Positions 1 to 7,800 of a stretch of DNA of 64,000 nucleotides are shown one piece after another (positions within the stretch are counted from its first letter, which is position 1; each line of letters opens with the position of its first letter). A program made the translations under genes and the position numbers. Source of the stretch: Eledone cirrhosa (taxonomy: Eukaryota); NCBI GenBank assembly GCA_964016885.1, contig OZ024741.1, positions 22,568,001 to 22,632,000 on the forward strand. The letters are read 5' to 3'. The notes below the pieces were generated by a model. That model was not told the DNA's origin. It made no database searches and saw nothing but the letters and a program-made list of their open reading frames with translations.

Positions 1-3000
1 TATACCTGAGCTGGGTAGTGGGGTGGTGTTGAGGGTTGGTGTGCCTGAGCTGGGTAGTGGGGTGGTGTTGAGGGTTGGTGTGCTTGAGCTGGGTAGTGGG
101 GTGGTGTTGAGGGTTGGTATACCTGAGTTGGGTAGTGGGGTGGTGTTGAGGGTTGGTATACCTGAGCTGGGTAGTGGGGTGGTGTTGAGGGTTGGTGTGC
201 CTGAGCTGGGTAGTTGGGTGGTGTTGAGGGTTGGTATACCTGAGCTGGGTAGTGGGGTGGTGTTGAGGGTTGGTATACCTGAGCTGGGTAGTGGGGTGGT
301 GTTGAGGGTTGGTATACCTGAGCTGGGTAGTGGGGTGGTGTTGAGGGTTGGTGTGCTTGATCTGGGTAGTGGGGTGATGTTGAGGGTTGAAGTGCCTGAG
401 CTGGGTAGTGGGGTGGTGTTGAGGGTTGGTGTGCCTGAACTAGGTAGTGGGGTGGTGTTGAGGGTTGTTGTGCCTGAGCTGGGTAGTGGGGTGGTGTTGA
501 GGGTTGGTGTGCCTGAGCTGGGTAGTGGGGTGGTGTTGAGGGTTGGTGTGCCTGAGCTGGGATGTGGGGTGGTGTTGAGGGTTGGTGTGCCTGAGCTGGG
601 AAGTGGGGTGTTGTTGAGGGTTGGTGTGCCTGAGCTGGGTAGTGGGGTGGTGTTGAGAGTTGGTGTGCCTGAGCTGGGGAGTGGGGTGGTGTTGAGGGTT
701 GGTGTGCCTGAGCTGGGTAGTGGGGTGGTGTTGAGGGTTGGTGTGCCTGAGCTGGGAAGTGGGCTGGTGTTGAGGGTTGATGTGCCTGAGCTGGGAAGTG
801 GGGTGGTGTTGAGGGTTGGTGTGCCTGAGCTGGGTAGTGGGGTGGTGTTGAGGGTTGATATACCTGAGCTCGGTAGTGGGGTGGTGTTGAGGGTTGATGT
901 GCCTGACCTGGGTAGTGGGGTGGTGTTGAGGGTTGGTGTGCCTGAGCTGGGTAGTGGGGTGGTGTTGAGGGTTGGTGTGCTTGAGCTGGGCAGTGGGGTG
1001 GTGTTGAGGGTTGGTGTGCTTGAGCTGGGAAGTGGGGTGGTGTTGAGGGTTGGTGTGCCTGAGCTGGGTAGTGGGGTGGTGTTGAGGGTTGGTGTGCCTG
1101 AAGTGGGTAGTGGGGTGGTGTTGTGGGTTGGTATACCTGAGCTGGGTAGTGGGGTGGTGTTGAGGGTTGGTGTGCCTGAGCTGGGCAGTGGGGTGGTGTT
1201 GAGGGTTGATATACCTGAGCTGGGTAGTGGGGTGGTGTTGAGGGTTGGTGTGCCTGAGCTGGGATGTGGGGTGGTGTTGAGGGTTGATATACCTGAGCTG
1301 GGGAGTGGGGTGGTGTTGAGGGTTGGTGTGCTTGAGCCGGGTAGTGGGGTGGTGTTGAGGGATGATATACCTGAGCTGGGGAGTGGGGTGGTGTTGAGGG
1401 TTGGTGTGCTTGAGCTGGGTAGTGGGGTGATGTTGAGGGTTGGTGTGCTTGAGCTGGGAAGTGGGGTGGTGTTGACGGTTGGTGTGCTTGAGCTGGGAAG
1501 TGGGGTGGTGTTGAGGGTTGGTGTGCTTGAGCTGGGTAGTGGTGTGATGTTGAGGGTTGGTGTGCCTGTGCTGGGTAATGGGGTGGTGTTGAGGGTTGGT
1601 GTGCCTGAGCTGGGTAGTGGGGTGGTGTTGAGGGTTGGTGTGCTTGAGCTGGGAAGTGGGGTGGTGTTGAGGGTGTGCGTGCCTGAGCTGGGAAGTGGGG
1701 TGGTGTTGAGGGTTGGTGTGCCTGAGCTGGGCAGTGGGTGGTGTTGAGGGTCAGTATACCTGAGCTGGGTAGTTGGGTGATGTTGAGGGTCACTATGTCT
1801 GAGCTGGGTAGTGGGGTGGTGTTGAGTGTTAGTGTGACTGAGCTGGGTAGTGGGGTGGTGTTGAGGGTTGGTGTGCTTGAGCTGGGTAGTTGGGTGGTGT
1901 TGAGGGTTGGTATACCTGAGCTGGGCAGTGGGGTGGTGTTGAGGGTCAGTATACCTGAGCTGGGTAGTTGGGTGGTGTTGAGGGTCAGTATGTCTGAGCT
2001 GGGTAGTGGGGTGGTGTTGAGTGTTGGTGTGACTGAGCTGGGTAGTGGGGTGGTGTTGAGGGTTGGTGTGCTTGAGCTGGGTAGTTGGGTGGTGTTGAGG
2101 GTTGGTGTGCCTGAGCTGGTTAGTGGGGTGGTGTTGAGGGTTGGTATACCTGAGCTGGGTAGTGGGGTGGTGTTGAGGGTTGGTATACCTGAGCTGGGCA
2201 GTGGTGTGGTGTTGAGGGTTGGTGTGCCTGAGCTGGGAAGTGGGGTGGTGTTGAGGGTTGGTGTGCCTGAGCTGGGTAGTGGGGTGGTGTTGAGGGTTGC
2301 TGTGCCTGAGCTGGGTAGTGGGGTGGTGTTGAGGGTTGGTGTGCCTGAGCTCGGAAGTGGGCTGGTGTTGAGGGTTGGTGTGCCTGAGCTGGGAAGTGGG
2401 CTGGTGTTGAGGGTTGGTGTGCCTGAGCTGGGTAGTGGGGTGGTGTTGAGGGTTGGTGTGCCTGAGCTGGGAAGTGGGGTGGTGTTGAGGGTTGGTGTGC
2501 CTGAGCTGGGTAGTGGGGTGGTGTTGAGGGTCAGTATACCTGAGCTGGGTAGTGGTGTGGTGTTGAGGGTCAGTATACCTGAGCTGGGTAGTGGGGTGGT
2601 GTTGAGGGTCAGTATACCTGAGCTGGGTAGTGGGGTGGTGTTGAGGGTTGGTGTGCCTGAGCTGGGTAGTGGGGTGGTGTTGAGGGTTGATATACCTGAG
2701 CTGGGTAGTGGGGTGGTGTTGAGGGTTGATGTGCCTGATCTGGATAGTGGGGTAGTGTTGAGGGTTGGTGTGCCTGAGCTGGCTAGTGGGGTGGTGTTGA
2801 GGGTTGATATACCTGAGCTGGGTAGTGGGGTGGTGTTGAGGGTTGATATACCTGAGCTGGGTAGTGGGGTGGTGTTGAGGGTTGATATACCTGAGCTGGG
2901 CAGTGGGGTGGTGTTGAGGGTTGGTGTGCTTGAGCTGGGCAATGGGGTGGTGTTGAGGGTTGATATACCTGAGCTGGGTAGTGGGGTGGTGTTGAGGGTT

Positions 3001-3335
3001 GATATACCTGAGCTGGGTAGTGGGGTGGTGTTGAGGGTTGATATACCTGAGCTGGGTAGTGGGGTGGTGTTGAGGGTTGATATACCTGAGCTGGGTAGTG
3101 GGGTGGTGTTGAGGGTTGATATACCTGAGTTGGGTAGTGGGGTGGTGTTGAGGGTTGGTGTGCTTGAGCTGGGCAATGGGGTGGTGTTGAGGGTTGATAT
3201 ACTTGAGCTGGGTAGTGGGGTGGTGTTGAGGGTTGGTGTGCTTTGACTGGGCAGTGGGGTGGTGTTTTGGGTTGGTGTGCTTGAGCTAGGTAGTGGGGTC
3301 GTGTTGAGGGTTGATGTACCTGAGTTGGGCAGGGG
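1..3335. repeat. 39-bp tandem repeat (minisatellite/VNTR), ~85 copies, truncated by the window start; consensus GTGCCTGAGCTGGGTAGTGGGGTGGTGTTGAGGGTTGGT
   Basis: Directly visible 39-nt period (13-aa period in the ORF track). Recurrent variants are GTGCCT/ATACCT/GTGCTT, GGT/GAT/AGT before them, and GG(T/A/C/G)AGT. There is one 1-nt deletion in the GGGG run at ~1736-1738, and the last unit at ~3300-3335 is degenerate. Confidence 0.98.
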
Positions 3336-3419
3336 AGTGAGCTGCTGGTGGCCTACCAAAGGACCCAAATAGGTTGTGTTTAACACCTCTGTTGTCCAAA
3401 CTCCCTCCACGTGTCCTCT
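1..3419 (-). CDS. Putative mucin-like Pro/Thr/Ser tandem-repeat exon, (PTLNTTPLPSSGT)n; partial, runs off the window; 1-nt frameshift at ~1737
   Basis: By manual translation, the minus-strand frame after the TGA at 3420-3422 reads RGHVEGVWTTEVLNTTYLGPLVGHQQLTPLPNSGTSTLNTTPLPSSSTPTQNTTPLPSQSTPTLNTTPLP... and I found no stop. The other two minus frames hit stops (TAG at 3286-3288; TGA in the GTCAGT-type units). Several variants are synonymous in this frame (CTA/CTT/CTG/CTC Leu, CCC/CCT Pro, AGC/AGT Ser, ACC/ACA/ACG Thr). There is no in-frame ATG upstream, so it would be an internal exon. No expression evidence is available. Confidence 0.42.
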
Positions 3420-3672
3420 TCACCAACTTGGGTTGGGTGTGAAAGTGAGAGCTCAGCATTATAACCAATGTAATGCTTGGATTACACTATCCTAAAGTAC
3501 ATATACTTGTGGCTGGGCACCACTTGTGGAACCAATCACCCGAAAATACTCCATTGAAATGAACTTACACTGTGAATTCCTTCGATGGAGCCAGCTCAAC
3601 TCATCAAAGGGGCATGTATAGTACATAGAATAATGTACAAATATCAGGAAAGTGAATAGTGTATGAGTCATG

Positions 3673-3700
3673 ATACACACACACAGATACACACACACAT
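3673..3700. repeat. Interrupted (CA)n/(TG)n microsatellite
   Basis: ATACACACACACAGATACACACACACAT is seen directly. It lies just downstream (minus-strand sense) of the LINE ORF2 stop codon. Confidence 0.85.
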
Positions 3701-3728
3701 ATGCGTGCCTGTGTAATGAGGGGGGATA

Positions 3729-4020
3729 TCAGGTGTAGTGTTGGCAAATTTCAGGAAGCATGGAGGTTTTAAAGGATGCAGTATCCAGACAGATAACAAC
3801 TGATGCAAGTAGTTTGTTCCATGCTTCAACTCTGAGTGTGAAAAGAATATTTCCGAAAGTCATGGGAGCTGTGTTGTTTTCTGATTTTGTAAACATGTCC
3901 ACAGGTTTTAGACACATGGAATTCAAAAAGATGCTCAGGGTTGTTGTTGGAAATATGGTTAATATTCTTGTGGGTGTCTACCAAGTTAGTTGCCAGACGT
4001 TGGAGCTTTAATGTATCCAA
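3729..4020 (-). pseudogene. Frameshifted remnant of the LINE ORF2 (reverse transcriptase polyprotein) C-terminal tail
   Basis: Track ORFs 3826..4020 (-) and 3729..3926 (-) each carry half of the motif series. Conserved residues have decayed (RRL>QRL, DL>NL, TRGH>TCGH, LP>LL). No RT catalytic domain is present in the window. Confidence 0.78.
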
Positions 4021-4464
4021 GTAAGTAGTAAGTAATCCAGTGCCCTTTTTTTAATAATACTACTCCATTCATCTAAATATGTTACCTATACTTATTCCTG
4101 ATGGTAAGCAATAAGTTTGTAGATAGTCATCAAGTTGTTAGCTTTATTCATTTTACTTTTAACAATTTGAAAATACAAATATGTTTTTATAATAGTTCAT
4201 ACACACAGAAACACTATAAAGGGTGTGGTAAATAAATATATACATAAACACCAGCTCCAAACACAATGGAACAACACTGTCACTGCCTCCGTCCCTCTCG
4301 CTTTCCCCATCTCTCACTATTATAAGCCAACGGGGGCCCACACACTGGTTGCCACATGGCCCCGGTAGACAGAATAAAGAAGGTGTTCCCCCGGAGAATG
4401 GTGAGGGAGACGTGTTGGAAGAACCATTCCAGCTTTTAAGGCCTGAGGGTAGCCAACTCTGGCA

Positions 4465-4767
4465 ATGGTGGTGAGTAGGGCAGTGGTCCTAGGGCCAAGG
4501 ACACCAGAAGTCTCCACTGCTACAGGGTGCTGATGGTGGTGGTGAGTAGGGCAGTGGTCCTAGGGCCAAGGACACCAGAAGTCTCCACTGCTATGGGGTG
4601 CTGTTGGTGGTGTGTAGGGAGGTGGTCCTAGGGCCAAGGACACCAGAAGTCTCCACTGATACGCGGTGCTGTTGGTGGTGTGTAGGGAGGTGGTCCTAGG
4701 GCCAAGGACACCAGAAGTCTCCACTGCTACGGGGGTACCGATGGTGGTGAGAAGGTTGGTGGTCCTA
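4465..4767. repeat. ~68-bp minisatellite, ~4.4 copies; core GTGGTCCTAGGGCCAAGGACACCAGAAGTCTCCACTG
   Basis: The CCT of GGTCCTA starts at 4488, 4559, 4627, 4695 and 4764 (spacings 71, 68, 68, 69). The core is invariant in the four full copies and the flanks vary. Confidence 0.95.
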
Positions 4768-4807
4768 TAAGCAATGAGCATGTTCAGTTTTATATGTAAG
4801 TCCAAAA

Positions 4808-7800
4808 CTACATATCCTTGGTAAGATGACAGTCTACTAGTGAATTTGTTGACCTACAGCAGGCCTACATATCCTTGGTAAGATGACAGTCTACTAGTGA
4901 AGTTGTTGACCTACAGTAGTCCTACATATCCTTGGTAAGATGACAGTCTACTAGTGAAGCTGTTGACCTACAACAGTCGTACATATCCTTGGTAAGATGA
5001 CAGTCTACTAGTGAAGTTGTTGACCTACAGCAGTCCTACATGTCCTTGGTAAGATGACAGTCTACTAGTGAAGTTGTTGACCTACAACAGTCCTACATAT
5101 CCTTGGTAAGATGACAGTCTAGTAGTGAAGTTGTTGACCTACAACAGTCGTACATATCCTTGGTAAGATGACAGTCTACTAGTGAAGTTGTTGACCTACA
5201 GCAGTCCTACATGTCCTTGGTAAGATGACAGTCTACTAGTGAAGTTGTTGACCTACAACAGTCCTACATATCCTTGGTAAGATGACAGTCTAGTAGTGAA
5301 GTTGTTGACCTACAACAGTCCTACATATCCTTGGTAAGATGACAGTCTACTAGTGAAGTTGTTGACCTACAGCAGTCCTACAAATCCTTGGTAAGATGAC
5401 AGTCTACTAGTGAAGTTGTTGACCTACAGCAGTCCTACATATCCTTGGTAAGATGACAGTCTACTAGTGAAGTTGACCTACAACAGTCCTACATGTCCTT
5501 GGTAAGATGACAGTCTACTAGTGAAGTTGTTGACCTACAACAGTCCTACATATCCTTGGTAAGATGACAGTCTACTAGTGAAGCTGTTGACCTACAACAG
5601 TCCTACATATACTTGGTAAGATGACAGTCTACTAGTGAAGTTGTTGACCTACAACAGTCCTACATGTCCTTGGTAAGATGACAGTCTACTAGTGAAGTTG
5701 TTGACCTACAGCAGTCCTACATATCCTTGGTAAGATGACAGTCTACTAGTGAAGCTGTTTACCTACAACAGTCCTACATGTCCTTGGTAAGATGACAGTC
5801 TACTAGTGAAGTTGTTGACCTACAGCAGTCCTACATGTCCTTGGTAAGATGACAGTCTACTAGTGAAGCTGTTGACCTACAACAGTCCTACATATCCTTG
5901 GTAAGATGACAGTCTACTAGTGAAGCTGTTGACCTACAACAGTCCTACATATCCTTGGTAAGATGACAGTCTACTAGTGAAGCTGTTGACCTACAACAGT
6001 CCTACTTGTCCTTGGTAAGATGAGAGTCTACTAGTGAAGTTGTTGACCTACAACAGTCCTACATATCCTTGGTAAGATGACAGTCTACTAGTGAAGCTGT
6101 TGACCTACAACAGTCCTACATGTCCTTGGTAAGATGACAGTCTACTAGTGAAGTTGTTGACGTAAAACAGTCCTACATATCCTTGGTAAGATGACAGTCT
6201 ACTAGTGAAGCTGTTGACATACAACAGTCCAACATATCCTTGGTAAGATGACAGTCTACTAGTGAAGCTGTTGACCTACAACAGTCCTACATGTCCTTGG
6301 TAAGATGACAGTCTACTAGTGAAGTTGTTTACCTACAACGGTCCTACATATACTTGGTAAGATGACAGTCTACTAGTGAAGTTGTTGGCCTACAACAGTC
6401 CTACATATCCTTGGTAAGATGACAGTCTACTAGTGAAGTTGTTGACCTACAACAGTCCTACATATCCTTGGTAAGATGACAGTCTACTAGTGAAGTTGTT
6501 GACCTACAACAGTCCTACATATCCTTGGTAAGATGACAGTCTACTAGTGAAGTTGTTGACCTACAACAGTCCTACATATCCTTGGTAAGATGACAGTCTA
6601 TTAGTGAAGTTGTTGACCTACAACAGTCCTACATATCCTTGGTAAGATGACAGTCTACTAGTGAAGATGTTGACCTACAACAGTCCTACATATCCTTGGT
6701 AAGATGACAGTCTACTAGTGAAGCTGTTGACCTCCAACAGTCCTACATATCCTTGGTAAGATGACAGTCTACTAGTGAAGTTGTTGACCTACAACAGTCC
6801 TACATATCCTTGGTAAGATGACAGTCTACTAGTGCAGTTGTTGACCTACAACAGTCCTACATATCCTTGGTAAGATGACAGTCTACTAGTGAAGCTGTTG
6901 ACCTACAACAGTCCTACATATCCTTGGTAAGATGACAGTCTACTAGTGAAGCTGTTGACCTACAACAGTCCTACATATCCTTGGTAAGATGACAGTCTAC
7001 TAGTGAAGCTGTTGACCTACAACAGTCCTACATATCCTTGGTAAGGTAACAGTCTACTAGTGAAGTTGTTGACCTACAGCAGTCCTACATATCCTTGGTA
7101 AGATGACAGTCTACTAGTGAAGTTGTTGACCTACAGTAGTCCTACATATCCTTGGTAAGATGACAGTCTACTAGTGAAGTTGTTGACCTACAGTAGTCCT
7201 ACATATCCTTGGTAAGATGACAGTCTACTAGTGAAGTTGTTGACCTACAACAGTCCTACATATCCTTGGTAAGATGACAGTCTACTAGTGAAGTTGTTGA
7301 CCTACAACAGTCCTACATATCCTTGGTAAGATAACAGTCTACTAGTGAAGTTGTTGACCTACAGTAGTCCTACATATCCTTGGTAAGATGACAGTCTACT
7401 AGTGAAGTTGTTGACCTACAACAGTCCTACATGTCCTTGGTAAGATGACAGGCTACTAGTGAAGTTGTTGACCTATAACAGTCCTACATATCCTTGGTAA
7501 GATGACAGTCTACTAGTGAAGTTATTGACTTACAACAGTCCTACATATCCTTGGTAAGATGACAGTCTACTAGTGAAGTTGTTGACCTACAGCAGTCCTA
7601 CAAATCCTTGGTAAGATGACAGTCTACTAGTGAAGTTGTTGACATACAGCAGTCCTACATATCCTTGGTAAGATGACAGTCTACTAGTGAAGTTGACCTA
7701 CAACAGTCCTACATGTCCTTGGTAAGATGACAGTCTACTAGTGAAGTTGTTGACCTACAACAGTCCTACATATCCTTGGTAAGATGACAGTCTACTAGTT

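Larger units (their letters stand above)
3600..4030 (-). mobile_element. 5'-truncated, degenerate 3' end of a CR1/L2-group non-LTR retrotransposon (LINE): ORF2 C-terminus plus probable 3' UTR
   Basis: Two overlapping minus ORFs join through one frameshift at ~3845 into LKLQRLATNLVDTHKNINH...HLFEFHVSKTCGHVYKIRKQHSSHDFRKYSF/TLRVEAWNKLLASVVICLDTASFKTSMLPEICQHYT*. This matches the post-RT C-terminal pattern of CR1-clade ORF2 (L..RRL..DL...YKI, TRGH..K, R..FF..RV...WN.LP..VV.....FK). The boundaries, especially the UTR end, are approximate. Confidence 0.82.

Noticed and set aside
23-3246. Two long + strand ORFs (574 aa and 502 aa) of VPELGSGVVLRVG repeats
   Set aside because: A stop-free 39-nt unit gives long ORFs automatically. 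They use GTG starts inside the repeat, and the Val/Gly/Leu-rich product is the typical antisense shadow of a Pro/Thr/Ser repeat. Not formally excluded, since this frame shares wobble positions with the preferred minus frame.
1-3335. Telomeric repeat (TTGAGGG resembles TTAGGG)
   Set aside because: There is only one imperfect hexamer-like word per 39-bp unit and no (TTAGGG)n run.
3286-3698. Short minus-strand ORFs 3286..3468 and 3492..3698
   Set aside because: They are 60-68 aa with no recognisable motif. One starts in the TG microsatellite and the other ends in the wrong frame of the 39-mer repeat.
3760-4011. 83-aa + strand ORF
   Set aside because: It is antisense to the LINE ORF2 remnant, which explains the region.
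4318-4378. TATA-like TATTATAAG and AATAAA as promoter or polyadenylation signals
   Set aside because: These are short words expected by chance, with no associated gene structure on that strand.
4159-4805. Short minus-strand ORFs 4159..4341, 4320..4517 and 4560..4805
   Set aside because: They derive from low-complexity sequence or the 68-bp minisatellite, whose unit lengths (68-71) shift frame. There is no homology signal.
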